A stretch of DNA of 64,000 nucleotides from Ophelia neglecta (lineage: Eukaryota), in contig OZ260662.1 of assembly GCA_965285935.1 (NCBI GenBank), positions 52,514,001 to 52,578,000 of the forward strand, written 5' to 3'. The translations under genes and the position numbers were made by a program. The notes beneath the pieces were generated by a model, which worked only from the letters and a program-made list of their open reading frames with translations, was not told the DNA's origin and did not search any database. Shown in pieces: positions 42,169 to 55,404 of this stretch; the stretch's first letter is position 1; each line of letters begins with the position of its first letter.

Positions 42169-42205
42169 ATGATGTTTTGTTCTCTGATACTTCTTCAAAT
42201 TCTAG
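42169..42205 (+). CDS. Coding exon 1 (signal peptide MMFCSLILLQIL-G) of the beta-helix/Cys-rich/multi-TM membrane protein
   Basis: ATG at 42169 is followed by a hydrophobic run and a perfect donor CTAG|GTAAGT at 42205/42206. The phase (1) matches the next exon, and splicing gives MMFCSLILLQILGCVLA-GTDY, a typical signal peptide. A likely acceptor (ttctctaccag) ends at 42035. The 11-kb intron is inferred, without transcript evidence. Confidence 0.7.
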
Positions 42206-45169
42206 GTAAGTCCCCTAAATAAGCATATTTCTTTTCCTTTAACTATTGTGTTATACAGATCGTTTGCAAGTTTTCTCGAATAATGTGTCAAGTACATTGC
42301 ATGTGTTCTTTATTATCCACAACGGAGAGCAGTTCGGTAGGTGGCGCGTCATGTATCACGCCGACCCACCTGACACTACCGGTAGGGGTAAAATTCAAAA
42401 TGGCGGCAGGTGGAAAGCGGACAACAGTCACACTACAATTTTAGTTAGGCATAATCGCATATTTATATATCCTACTTCAGTAAAACTCTAAGACCTACAA
42501 AATTATAGTACACGGCGATTATCGGTTTACATTTCCACAACACATGTGTTGTTTTAAAGAACTATTTTTCTTAACCCTACTTTCTCGCCGAAAACGATAT
42601 TCTCGCGCGATTATGATCGAACTCAGTCGTAGTGCCTAGCGGCGGTTCATGTCAAATGGGCTATGTTGCTTAGTAGTTAAATTATCTCCTGGTTCCTTTA
42701 TTGGTCGGGCCTCTTACCCTACCCAGATCAAGGAAAGTTTTAGTTTTATGATGGCAAAGAATGGCCTTATATGCAGGGCGCTTTCATTGGTTCGGTACCC
42801 GTCTATAAAGCACGTGTATTCTTTAAGGTGAAGTTATCTTGCTTATCGCCCGGTAGCAGGTACTGTCTTCTATTGCTATAGCATATTGGTAATAATAAAC
42901 CCTGCCTAGGGAGTTTCCAGTACTCAAAAACATATAAAACCCATCTTCCGTTCGTCTCATAAATATCTTATCTAAAAACAAGCATAAACCCAAATACTAA
43001 CTAATATAATATAAAAATAACCGTTTTATTTAATGTTTATGTTGTAGACACCAAGCACAGGCCAGGCCTTGCAATAGGTGACATATTGCCGCCATATTAA
43101 ACTAAATCTTAGTGTATATCATCTAGAAAAAGAACTAATTTTTAAAATGTTCCACCAAATGTATTGGCAGCCACCACAATCAAAACAAGTAAAAATAAGG
43201 GCTCATTTGGACGCTGCCGCATGGTATAGGTTCCTATTCAGTCTTCAGATTTATGACGCTAGCCAATGTTTAAATCGATCAGAAACATCTGGCACTATTA
43301 GTTGCTTAAACACAAACTTAAGGCGTTTACTCTTTATTCATGTACACATTAATCATAATTATGTCAGTCACTTGGAGGCGGCATCTTAAAACCCCTTCTG
43401 TTATGACCTGTTAAGGGAACATTCACATAGAGTAAGAAGTTAAATCTGTAACGTGAACGGATTTTATGGCTTAATTTGTGTTCCCTGATGACGTTTTTGT
43501 TTGTCCCGTGTATTCATTTCCATTGCGTTGAGGTTTACGGTAGTTTTTTAAAACTATTATAAGGAGTTTATTGACGATCCCGACAAATATATAATGATAA
43601 TTAGAATCAAAAAGATTGAAATGTTGATGGGATCTCCTTGAATTATACCAAATATAGGCATTTATACAATTTAATCCGCTTTCTTTTGTAGTTCACATTT
43701 TCTTTCGACAATACCATGTAGACAAATGACGCATTGTAACTATTATGTTCAATGTTGTTCATGTGTTAATCTTTTTCATGGCATTATATTCAAAATGATG
43801 GGAGTGGCAACAGACATGCCTTTTTATCGTTAGGCTCATGAATATCACAAATCCTGGTCATTTTTTCGACCGTTTACACCAAGCATCTCCATAAGCAAAC
43901 ATTTGTGTCGTATGAGATTAAAAATGGCAAATTTAATATTGCCTACCTTACCTTATAATGTTTTTTCCCAGTTGAATGGGATTGGTAAACATGGGTCAAC
44001 GTATCGAGAACCAATATCCGGTAGGACTGGCGATACTTAATTGATTAACAAGGAAGAGTATATGCTTTTCATGCATCCGGTATCATTTTTCTCATTTCCT
44101 GTGTTATATCTTAATGCGTGGCGTCTCTAAGGATTGGATCTCAATAATTAAACCAAAGCGAAGCACAAAAAATGCGAAAGATTGGGTAGCATCCGATTTT
44201 GTTCGCATATTATAATCATATTTATTTATCCTGGGTGGTCCAAGAAAGTACATTAATAATCGGTAGAGCTTCCCAGTAGCGCTATCAATAGAATATCTAA
44301 TATTTTGCATCAAATGTTGAACAGTAACTAAAGCTTTGGGTAAATTGAGGCAAACCAGAGCGTCCAGGTAGATTGAATTTAGTGAGCCTGCATCAGTAAA
44401 TCAGTCGCCGACCTGCCGCATAATGGTCGAGATATAGGCCTAATCCTGTGTTTCGATAAGTCGTTTTATCCCACAAGGCAAGCACATTTCACTAAAGACA
44501 TTCACGAGTAGTACATGCTAGACACCTGTTAAGATACAAATGGTAATTTAATTTGCTTCAGCCCATTCTCAACCGATCAAGAATGTTTTGGTATAACCGT
44601 TAGGCTAAGTGCTAATATGAAGATACATGTGTCTTATGTGGGCTTATTAAATTTTAAATGATGATTTGTTACTTGATAATGGATACTTTTGTGCTCCAGT
44701 CACATGTTATTTGAAACAAAAATTATTTGCGAAGATGTTCAGTTCTAGCCCTAAATTAAGACACAGTTTTTTGACTGAGAGCTACAGGTGTTGCAATGGA
44801 TGATAAGAGGGGATAGAGTTCCATAAATATTCTACCGATCAACGATTAACAATGGAGCGAAACTTGAGCACTCTAGCAGCTTTTCTTTTTCTCAACTAAG
44901 CATCGAAGACCACTCTCACGATAAATAAGTTGATGAGAAGAGCCATGACGAATGCCGGGAATCCCACGCCCGGCAGCTAACTGGACGTATGTCAAAGCCA
45001 AAGCTAAATTTGTTCAGCTGTCAAATATTATTGCTAATACTCAATAATTGTCCTGACAAATGTACAGTAAGCGGTAGTCAATCTATTTCGACAAGCCTTA
45101 AGTTTAAGTCTCTTTATTAAACCTTTTCTCTGTTAAGCTTTCAGAGTAAGGAAAGTAATATAACTTATC

Positions 45170-46200
45170 CAAATGAATTACATTTACATTATCCGTGGTC
45201 CGCACCTGTGTGCCGTTGAGGAAGCTAACTATGATATGACATTGTGGGTTCTTTTTCCAGCTAATATGTATAAACTGAGTCTAGGGGACATTTAATATGA
45301 GTTTCGACTGGTCACACCAGCCAGAAATTCTATGAAGGTCCGAATGAGCAACTTCCTCAACTAGCAGATGTTGACCATTGCTAATTGGTTAAAAATAGCG
45401 AGGTGTCGTCAGCAACATAAAATGTTGCCGGTGATAATTCGACAATATCGTTTATTTAAATCAGGAAGAAAGGGGCCAAGGAGAGGGCCTTGGGGCACAT
45501 ACAAATGATTAGTTAGTATTTTATGAGTGTTACCACTGATTCCACCATAATCAAGTACTAAAAGTAATCTGACATGCCAGACCCTGTCGACAGCCTTAGA
45601 AAAATCGAGTAGGACAGCAATAATATCATCTTGGAACGTGGAGTTCGACACATATGAACTAATTGATTGGCTATAAAATCATTCTTAGTAAACACAAAGT
45701 GATTGTGTGTGAGAATTTTATTAGTTCTAAGAAAGGGTGAATGTGGCCAAGGAGAAGTTTCTTTTTTGATAAACAAGGAAGCAATGAGATTGGACTATAA
45801 TATTTACAATCAGTCTTTGGGCCTTTGTTTGTAAATTGGGATGACTTTTGATCGTTTCCATTGTTTTTGATAGTTTGGTTCTGCATTAAACATATCAAAA
45901 AGAGCACAAAGAGGATTGAATAGTGTCAAAGCTGTCTCTTTTAACATCTCATCCCGGACAATAGCCTTAGATGAATCAAGAGTATGTATGACATTCTTCA
46001 ACAACCAAATCTAAAATCTTAAATTCTAATTTTTGGATGTTGCTTCCTGCAATTTGGGTATCGGTCTGAAAGTAATAATTTGAGAAGTCAGCCTTACAGT
46101 TGGCGTGACATAGAAGTGCTTCACCATGTTTAATAGGTGAATCGCAACTACTAATGGCACTTGAGCTGACAGATCTAAATAAATTGTTTCATTACTTAGT
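45170..46200 (-). mobile_element. Degenerate CR1-group LINE reverse transcriptase fragment (in intron 1)
   Basis: Minus-strand motifs across frameshifts: LDSSKA, WKRSKVIPIYK, YSPISLLPCLSK, LDFSKAVDRVWH, VPQGPLLGP, ADDTSLF and WCD...LN. Confidence 0.88.
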
Positions 46201-48589
46201 TCCACTCTCTGAGGTAAGCAGACCGTCTTTTCTTTCCGATTATATGAATATGTGATGTGTAGTATGAAATGCTCTGATCGTGAAGGAACCGTTAATTAAT
46301 TTATCTTTATAATATTTTGTAAGCGTAGTGTACTTTTTTCTGTATTGTTGATACAATGAACACCAGAAAAAATAAAAAGCTGTTTATTAACACAAAATTA
46401 ATATAAAAGGCATTTCGTTACTATGTTGCAAGGTAACTGAATCTCTGATTCTCATACATAGTAACAATGTGTCACTAAAATAACGTTTGTGAAACAAACA
46501 GGGTACTATAGTTTTTAGTTCGACGAAATGTCTACAAATCTAAATTTGCTACAAGAAACAAAGTTCTTCAAATAGAAAAGCAGATGTATAGTTTGCATCC
46601 AGAAATTGAACTACGTAGTTATTTAGTCTGCTGTTCCTTAAGGGCATTCAAACTTATCAGCAAACAAACTAAGTTCTAATATTGACAGTTGTTAATAAAG
46701 ATTGGAAAACAAACCTTTGTCGTAGTTAGTCTATTCGAATCATTCTACTATGCATAGGCCAATGTCGTCCGTGTTCTGCCTCAAAATACGTCAGCTAATG
46801 TAAGGTAATACAGCATAATTACTGCAATCAATTAATGCCCTAGGTTGTTGAGTCGTATTTCATGTGGAGATTATCATACCAAGTAACATAATATGAAACA
46901 ATTATAAATTTAATATGGTGAATGCCATGCTGTTATTGGAAAATGTTGTGTTATTATTAGTTTAACCTAATATATGAGGACATTGCGTGTGCTTCAGAGG
47001 ACACAAATCTTTACACGAGTGTTACTGTGCAATGGTACTTTTTTTTTAGAAATCTACTTACAGCAGGAGTGACAGAAGGAAAATTATATACCAGTTACCT
47101 TCTATGGCCCTCTGATAAAAAAAGGAGCTGTTTTTTCTCCACGGACGGTTCCAGTTTTGTTCACGGGTGAGCCAGCGCTCTAAAACAGAAGTCCGTGGGC
47201 GTTGGCTCATCCGATTTGGGGAAACAGGGCAAGGTCTTAGCTGACACAGAATAGAACGGTTTTCCTCTCCGTTAATTGAGGCACAGTCGTTATAATATGA
47301 AGGATGGGGTTATATCGGATGCGAGAGACATTGTGATCTTGTGACAACCAGCCATACCAGAAAGTTGCCATTACGTGTGAACCCCCCCCCCCCCTTCACG
47401 CGCACAAGTGTGTATTACCTTTGATAGTTCAAAATAACCCATTAAATAGAAAATGGTACTTGTTATTTTGCAATTTGTCTTTTTCATATTGCATACAAAA
47501 TAACTCCTATGTTAGTCTAAGAAGATTTCTTTTCCCATTTTAGCAGTTGATATAACTACCACACAGAGCCGCAATGAAACCTTTAATACTATTGAGTGGT
47601 CCTTTGAAAGTATTGGCGCTTAATTGATAAAATAATTATATTGACATTTTTGTCCATAGCTCGCTTTTCGGCACTTTTAATCTGAATGGTATACCGAGTC
47701 AAAATGAGTAATGTACATTGATGTACATTAAATGTAACCCAACGTACCTTTCAATGGGGCTTCTCATGTGATTCAGCTCTAAAGGATACCACAATTCTAA
47801 GCGAGCCAGCCATCAAGAATATGTAAGAAGAACAAAAGAAGCGTTTTTTTTACCTTATAGAAATAGTAATGATTGGGGTATTCAAAAGGAAGATACATAG
47901 AATGAAACATAAAGTTTAGGATATATCAGTATTGAAGCAAAAATTATTCTGCCGTTGACTTGTGAAAGTAATATTGCAGTCTGTGGAGGAGTTAAACTTG
48001 CCCACTTTAGGGTTGAAAGTGAAGGGTGTCACAATCAAATCAGTAATATTGTCTTTAAAAAAACATATCATTATATTTGTTTCAAGTCTCACGACCACTT
48101 TCATATTTGTTTCGGCACCTCTTGCGTTCATGACTATTTAGCTTTGAAATATACATTATATAAGACACGAGACTTGATTTGCCAGATCCTAGTCAGCTGA
48201 CCTTATTCGAAATGTTTTATAACCCAACTTGTGCCTTATTTTGCGTTACCTGCACCAAACTGGTCAAACTTTGGAAGGGAACGGGATCAAACGACGTTTT
48301 AACGTTCGGTTTCTATTTGAGGTCGTTGCTGCACAAATCCCCAGTCAAACTCCGCATGATAATTGCCCTTAAGGTTGAGACCACATTCACAGTTGGTTAC
48401 AATTTGCCAAACTCGCAGTTTCCCGCTTCTGTACAGTATGTTAGTCAAATTACTGCATAGACTTAAACGGGAGTAAATAGCCTGCAGACAAAGTAAAATT
48501 ATTTATCGAGAATGGTGGATCTGAAATCATCAGGAACATAAAGCCACAGACCCACACATCACATCATTTGTAAGGGGAGGGAATGCAGA

Positions 48590-48925
48590 TTATATCTGGG
48601 TGAACCACTAGATTTCTTTTGGCACCCTCAGCTACACGTTTTCAACTTAATTGGTTAAAACTTCACAAAAATGTAAAAATGGGAGAATCGATGATAAATC
48701 CAGCAAATGCAAGAACCTGGAGTTTGAATACCCTGTATGTTTTTTAAACACTGTGATGTCACAAGAACTTTTGTTATTCTTATTTCTCCATACATACCGA
48801 GATACTTTTCGACTATTTCTTGATAGTATTATCACATAAAAGTGCAATCCTATTTTCGTCACGAAACAAGTTCTTAAATTAAAGATTATTTTTCAAGATG
48901 GAGTTTTCGAGTCACCTCTTCTAGG
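48590..48925. repeat. Dispersed repeat (probable DNA-transposon MITE); its first 85 bp recur at 62906-62990
   Basis: 48590-48674 and 62906-62990 differ at 3 of 85 positions. The right boundary is uncertain. Confidence 0.6.
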
Positions 48926-51247
48926 GTTTGTATGTGTGTTTTCAACACCCTAACTATGTTGGTTATGTTTTTGATTAGTTCCCACGCGCAAATAAAAACG
49001 TTGTACCATTTATAACCCTAGCTTAAGTCGTTTCTATTCAATATATTTTTGTTGCGCTGTTAAAATATCTGATTGTATACCGTCAATATTCACCACGTTG
49101 TTTATTTTTTAGTTAACGCAATTCTGTTGAGCCAACCAACAATTATTGATAACTATAGCTTCCTAATATGACATATGTGTTTCTAAAACATAGGCCTGGC
49201 TCCAAGCCAAATTTGTCTTGATCAGATGACTGTTTATACAAATTGAAAATCATGTGATTACAGACAGAAGCACGTTTCTTGTAGCCTACTAGATTTTAGT
49301 CTAATGTAGATAACTAAATCGGTCTCCAGTTACTTAAATTTTCTCGTGGTATATGTTTTTCCTTCATCTTCCAACCTAATTATGCCTTGGGTTTAGGGGA
49401 TAGAACATCTTTCTGATATCACATGGACCAACACATTTTAAACCATGTAGCAGTGTGCCCAAACCTACCCGGAGAAGGGTCATTAGTCATCCACTAAACA
49501 ACTGAACATTCCTGAAGCCTGGATGCAAGAAACCTGGTGGCTATGGCGCGGTCACAAATCTACATGACAGGAATATTCTGAACATGTAGCTACGCCCGAA
49601 TAGGAGTTTTTTTGAAACAGCGGAACATAGTTGCCCCAGTAACTTATAAGTATGTGTCCCTGTGGCTATACCCACATGACAAAGTACAATAAGGGGTTGT
49701 TTGTCTTGTAAATCAGGCGAAACTTTCTTATTAGGTCCCAGCAGACGAATTACGACATTAGCAGTCGTCATGAAACAAGCTCATGTCAAAAGCGCCTTTA
49801 AGAGCGCACAATAGGTAAATGACAAGCGACAAGTAGTGTGCAAAGGTGAATAAACCAGGTGAATTATGGTTAAATTGTACGTAAGGGAGTTGTGTTAACT
49901 GGGGAAAAAAAATTTATATCACGAGTTTGAAAAATTACCAACATTTTGTAGTCTGACGTTTGGACGAGAGAAGAGGTTGAGAGCGAGTGGTGAGAATACG
50001 TGACAGGCCATTTTCTACAGGTTATTTGGTATATCCATGAACGTGAAATATATAATTCATATTTATTGAACATGTTGTATAAATGACTTTTATTATGTTC
50101 TAATAAACCTGGCATAGAATTTAAACCCTGTCTGTGTGCGTAATTTATTTTAACCAATTTGTTTAAGCATTAAATTTGTATCTTAGCACCTTAGAACTTA
50201 AGTTGGCATCGTCATTGTACTGTAACTCATGACAAGGACGAACATATATATGGTGTATAATATAGGGCTATTTCATTGTTTGCGACTACCATTGCGTTTT
50301 CCATTGATGTTCTCTTTTAACGAAGGTAATATTGTTGAAATGGACACATTTTCTGGTGTGTGGCTGTTTTCGGGCTTATCCGAATAGACGCAATCAAGAG
50401 TCAACTTGAAGTGAGCCTGCATGTCAAGGGTTCCGGGTCTCTACCACAGAAAGTTTTGAAAAACCAAGCCCTCAAGAGCATTCGAAGCAATATTTATGAG
50501 GGTTCCCCCCTCATTCTGTGATTTAATGAACCCTCCTTTCACAGGCCTTTCGTGACCCCCCATTCATAAGCAGGGATGGGTGTAAATGCCCCCCTCCACA
50601 CACACCAAATTACTAGCTCACCCCCGGTGATAATTAATGCCCCCCCCCCCTTATATTCGGCTAAATATCCGCTCCTGCCTTCGATAGATGAACCTAAAGC
50701 AGTGTGTTTCTCTGACATGACCAGAATTGATCGTCAGATAAATGTTTGCGGAAATTAAAGGTGTCAAACAGAGCAGATAAGGTGAAACCTGACTCTACTT
50801 GGACAAAAATTCAAATTGACGCAAATGGCACCTCAGAATCCGATAGACCAAGGAGTCCCTTCTCGCTTTGGCAAGACGTTCGAATGTGCACTATCTACGG
50901 AAAGCTGCTGCAAATAAATGAGAATAAAAAACTCTAATGCATCCTGAATACGAAAAGAGTCTCGTATACTTATTACAACTCGACAACCGGACAAGCGTTT
51001 GTACAGTTCTAGTCATCAATTGAAACTTATTGTGTTTCCACCAAGGGTACCTCAACTTAGATCCAAAATGATTTTCCTATCCGCCACAAAAAGGGGAAAA
51101 TTAACTCCTGTCATATTCAGTGATATTTAATTGTTATGATTGGAGGAGACAGTATAAATTATACAATCTTATAAATCAACGGTTGTTCATTTAGTGGAGG
51201 TGTTGTCTTGTGTATACTTCCTTCTCAATTATGTGCACTCTAATTAA

Positions 51248-52310
51248 GCAGGCTTCACACTGTCCCGAAATTGACACCAGATTGACACACGATAAACGAA
51301 AATGTTCAAAATCGGGTCTGATTGTAAAAACATCGGGTCATTCGTGAGGGCATCTTAAGCCATCGTATCACAGCCGGTAGGTTTCTCGGGCTCCGGCAGC
51401 AACTTCGCGAGCGGTGGCAAAATCTTTGGCAGGCCAAAGAATTGCCGAAGGACCTTCCGAAGGTTCATCTTCGTGTTGAATTCGTCTGTCCAGTTTGCAC
51501 TTCGTAAGCCCATCGTGAGGGTATCTTGTTAAATCGTCTCATCTTCGTCGTTACTTCGTGTGATCATCGGTGCCATCAGGTATTTTTCGCCTCACGAAGA
51601 CAATACGAAGGAAACAAGAAGCTGCCCGATTGTCTTAGGAAGACAACACGACTACGTAAAGCGCTCGCAATGCCATCGTGTAGCCATCGTATTATAGTAC
51701 GATGACACCGAGATGTGACCACGAAGGTGGCAAAGACAGCCGAATTTGAGTAGATCCAGCGTCTTACATGACAGCGTCCTCAGTTACCCCTACTTTCCTC
51801 TTTTGAGTTCTGTATCTACCAGCCAGTCTCTTTCCCCTGCCTCTCCCTGCCTTAGGTGGCTTGCCAACGTTGAATCAAACATAAGTTAAATTAGTACTGT
51901 GTATTTTGCTCCAAATAATCTCCGATCAGCAACTGAATATATCAACGGTCAGCAGAGTTTTTATACTATCGGGAGGTCATGTGTCGCCGTCGTGACCAAT
52001 TTCGAACGCATCGTACTCCCAACACGACGTCGTGTAGCTATCATGTGGCCTTCGTGTGTCCTGCGTGTAAACTACTTAATAAAAATTCACATATTTGTGT
52101 TGCCTTCGTGTGTGGTTCGGGTCTGGAATGGAGATCTTATGGCTTTCGTATGTGCGATTCGGGTGTCATCGTGTCACCTTCTGTAGACATCGTACTCACT
52201 TCGGCTGTTGATTGGCTGTTGACCAAGTTCGGGGCTATCTTCGCGCGAAATTCAAAACTCAACATTCGTATGGCCATCTTGTGTCAATATCGCGAAAGTG
52301 TGACGCCTGC
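51248..52310. mobile_element. Non-autonomous DNA transposon with about 35-bp TIRs (PIF/Harbinger-like termini)
   Basis: Left end gcaggcttcacactgtcccgaaattgacaccagat; reverse complement of the right end gcaggcgtcacactttcgcgatattgacacaagat. TTAA flanks both ends. The interior is CpG-rich with many atcgt/cttcg/acgaag words. No transposase ORF. Confidence 0.8.
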
Positions 52311-52430
52311 TTAAATATAGCATTGAAGAGGTTGAACCCATCGTGGCAATATATAAACGCTCAGTTCAGTACCTACATAAGGCAATTTAGAACCCTCATT
52401 GCTACCTACACAGTAGAGACATGATAACAA

Positions 52431-52605
52431 TAGAGTTTAGATTTTTCATACGTGTCCGTCCGTTAACGGTGGGTCCCAGCTAACGAAGAATAAATAACGC
52501 CACTCATGTGTTCCGAGTTCTGCAGCGCAGTTTATGTAGACATTATTGGTCAGTTGGCTGGGCCTCATCTACCCCTGACGGACACAATGGAAAAATCGTA
52601 GACTA
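52431..52605. mobile_element. Short palindromic MITE
   Basis: Inverted ends gatttttcatacgtgtccgtc and gacggacacaatggaaaaatc. Confidence 0.6.
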
Positions 52606-53216
52606 ATTTTTTTTTGCCGCAGTCACGACTGCAAAACAGTTGATCACCATGCAATGAATGCGTATTAATTTATATACATGCATGTAGTGTGTTCAAAATA
52701 CGGGTATAGAATAGGTATTAATATAAATGCGCGAAACCTTGCAGTTTTACGACACTCTTGTTATATAAACGATGAAAGATATATATATATACCTATCGAG
52801 AACCCAGGATATTATCATATTCGTGTTATTAACACGAAAGTGGTTCTCTTATCGCTTGTCATTGTCACTGGAATTATAACCACCAAATATTAAGATATTT
52901 TTTTTATGACACACAATATCACAAGTCAATAATTTCTAGATCGACCTGGTCGATTTGTTAATTATCCAAACTATACTGAAAATGGCCTACTTACTATTAT
53001 GGAGCATCGTGTACAGCAGATAAGCGTGACCTCATTTCCTTTAATATCATGGTTCTGCATGGGCGTAACACACTTTGAATTGAATTTCATGTTACATGGA
53101 TTTGTGCAATGTAGTTTTTCTTGTAATGTAATTGTGCTACACGTTCATTTTATGAGATTTATTATCTGTTCGGCCGAAGACTTTTTTTGTTTTCATTGTG
53201 TCATATTACTTTGTAG

Positions 53217-53495
53217 GTTGTGTACTGGCCGGCACTGACTACCGCGTGTCGTCTTCCGGGACTGACATGCCGGGATGTGGCAGTCCGCGCTCAACTCCCT
53301 GTCGCACGGCCATTCCCGCCCTGCCTCGGATGGTGTCTGGCAACACCCTGCTCCTTGACGCGACCCCATCCCCAATGGACACCAAACCCCCTCTTCATGG
53401 CATCTGTTTTGGAGATGGTCTTATCATCGACAAAGGCATCAGTATCAAGTCGTATAACGGCCGGGCTAGGTTGGGGTGTGACTCGGAAACATCAG
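53217..53495 (+). CDS. Coding exon 2: end of signal peptide and N-terminal cap of the beta-helix ectodomain
   Basis: Acceptor tactttgtag|G and donor TCAG|gtacag, phase 1-1. Encodes YRVSSSGTDMPGCGSPRSTPCRT, matching the YVSxxGxDxxxCGxxxxPCxT cap seen at the start of pectin-lyase-like beta-helix proteins. Confidence 0.85.
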
Positions 53496-53887
53496 GTACA
53501 GATGAATCTGTATTTATTAACCCTTTTGTTTTTGACTACTCACAATGGGGAAAATAAACAATTGAAGATCCTGCACCAGGTGCAAAGGGTATTCCATTTC
53601 TTTCATTAATTCCTTCATTGTAAGTGAATTCCAATCATTAATATTTAATAAATATTTTTTTATTATAAAGTATTCGGCTTTCTGGTTAACCAAATCTGAT
53701 AGGTTATGTTAGCTTCTTCCTGTTAATATTCCTTTATAAGCAATGTTTTACCGTTTATGTTTTCCTGAATATATCACTAAATGAAAACTTGTGGGTAAAG
53801 GAACAGCAAATTAAAATTATCCAATGTGAAGATATTGGCATTTTCTAGATCTAACCATTTTAATAAATCCCAAGTCGTGCTGGCCTC

Positions 53888-54013
53888 TGTATTCGGCGCT
53901 GTCTTCGCTGCTCCGTTTGCTTGACGCTGCTGTCCTGACGTGCACTCCTCTGGGAGACTACTGCTGGGGTAGTGCTTTTCTATTGTACACTCGCAGCGCA
54001 GCGCCCGAATACA
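53888..54013. repeat. Inverted-repeat/MITE relic in intron 2
   Basis: tgtattcggcgctg ... cagcgcccgaataca. Confidence 0.55.
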
Positions 54014-54087
54014 AGGAACTGAGTTGTTTTTAAAAAATAATAGAAATAACCGGAACTAGCTTTTAATATTAATTTATTTTATTGTAG

Positions 54088-54927
54088 AGAAGACCATATT
54101 CGTAATCGACCAAACCGAAGGCCAGGAAGCGATTGTCATCGAAAACCTGGCATTTCAAGGCGGCAGGATTGTTATCAAGGGCGGTACCGTAGACATCAGA
54201 AACTCGACCTTCACTAATGTAATGTTTGACTCCAGGAACTGCAATTCGGCGTCTGTTTCAATGTCCAATGTCTACTTTGACCGGACCCAAACTTGGACGG
54301 CGCCATTCGGTAATCTACTCGACTCCTCCATTAGTTGTAATACGCTCACGGCTACAGTGACCGGCTCCAGTTTCTACGACCTTAACATGCATTTCAAAGG
54401 AACCGTATCTAATCACGTTGTCATAAAAGATTGTTTGTTCTCGAAAAAACTGATGATCGAGAGCGATATTGGAGGAATTAACGTGACGTTGCCATATAGT
54501 TTCGGGTACCTAGAAGTGAAGGATTGTGTGTTCGAAAGGCAAGTACACTTAGATCCTGTGTATAGCATCATTAATATTGAATCGTCTGCTCTACGAATTG
54601 ACGCCAGGGATTTTATCGGCGGTTGGCTACCAAACGAATCTAACGCCACAGTTTTTATACACAACTGCATTTTTCGCAATAACGAGCGTGCCATCAGCAT
54701 TAGCAGACGATATAAACACGTCTTAGTAGACAATTGTGTGTTTGATTCAAACGTTGCCATGCATGCCGGTGCTGCAATACGAATGGCAATGGATCCACAT
54801 ATCCGCATCAGAGTAACAAATTGTGTTTTTACTAACAATGCTGCCGGTTTTAACACTCATGAAGCTGTTCCTGGAATATTTGAATTTCGGGGAGACGAAG
54901 TGAGAATCAGCAATGGACCAATAAACG
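54088..54927 (+). CDS. Coding exon 3: right-handed parallel beta-helix repeats
   Basis: Acceptor ttttattgtag|AG and donor AACG|gtaaga. The exon is 840 nt and in frame with ORF 54222-54944. It repeats I.NC.F.NN / FxxN and GAAI motifs (NCIFRNN, NCVFDSNVAMHAGAAI, NCVFTNNAA). Confidence 0.92.
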
Positions 54928-55128
54928 GTAAGAAACTAATATAACATCTATGTTTATCAAACGGTAATGCCCATATACCAAATGTTTCTAATATGTATTT
55001 GTATTTAAAATCGAACGTTCAAAGGATATCATAAAAACGCATTCTCTTAGCTCCAATTCCACCTGCCTATACATGAAATACACAGCGCAGAAAATTTAAC
55101 GGCAGCAACTTCCCAAAGTATTACTTGG

Positions 55129-55404
55129 GTACTCAATGTCATGCATCGGCCAAAGGGGAAACCTGTGGGGGAAGTGCTAAAAGAAAAGTGATGTATAGTA
55201 AGCGTGTTGAGAGGAACTTGGTAGTAATTTTTGTCGATAATTACACCCGTTTTGTCGGAGTAGACTATTGATAGTGAAAACGCGGAGAAGCACCGGAAGA
55301 CAGCTGACAACAGGCCACCAAGTACCTCCCAGCACGACCCAGCTATCTCTTAGCACGACCCCTCTTTTTCGCATCACCAATTGGCCGATGCAATAGGCTG
55401 GTAC
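55129..55404. repeat. Inverted-repeat/MITE relic in intron 3
   Basis: Perfect 12-bp inverted repeat tgcatcggccaa (55142-55153) and ttggccgatgca (55381-55392), with gtac further out on both sides. Confidence 0.55.

Noticed and set aside
46960-47290. Telomerase RNA (pseudoknot, possible H box agaata and ACA)
   Set aside because: There is no CTAACCCTAA template; the only similar word (taacctaa) is about 160 nt upstream, and the H/ACA hairpin is too short. Kept only as a generic pseudoknot finding.
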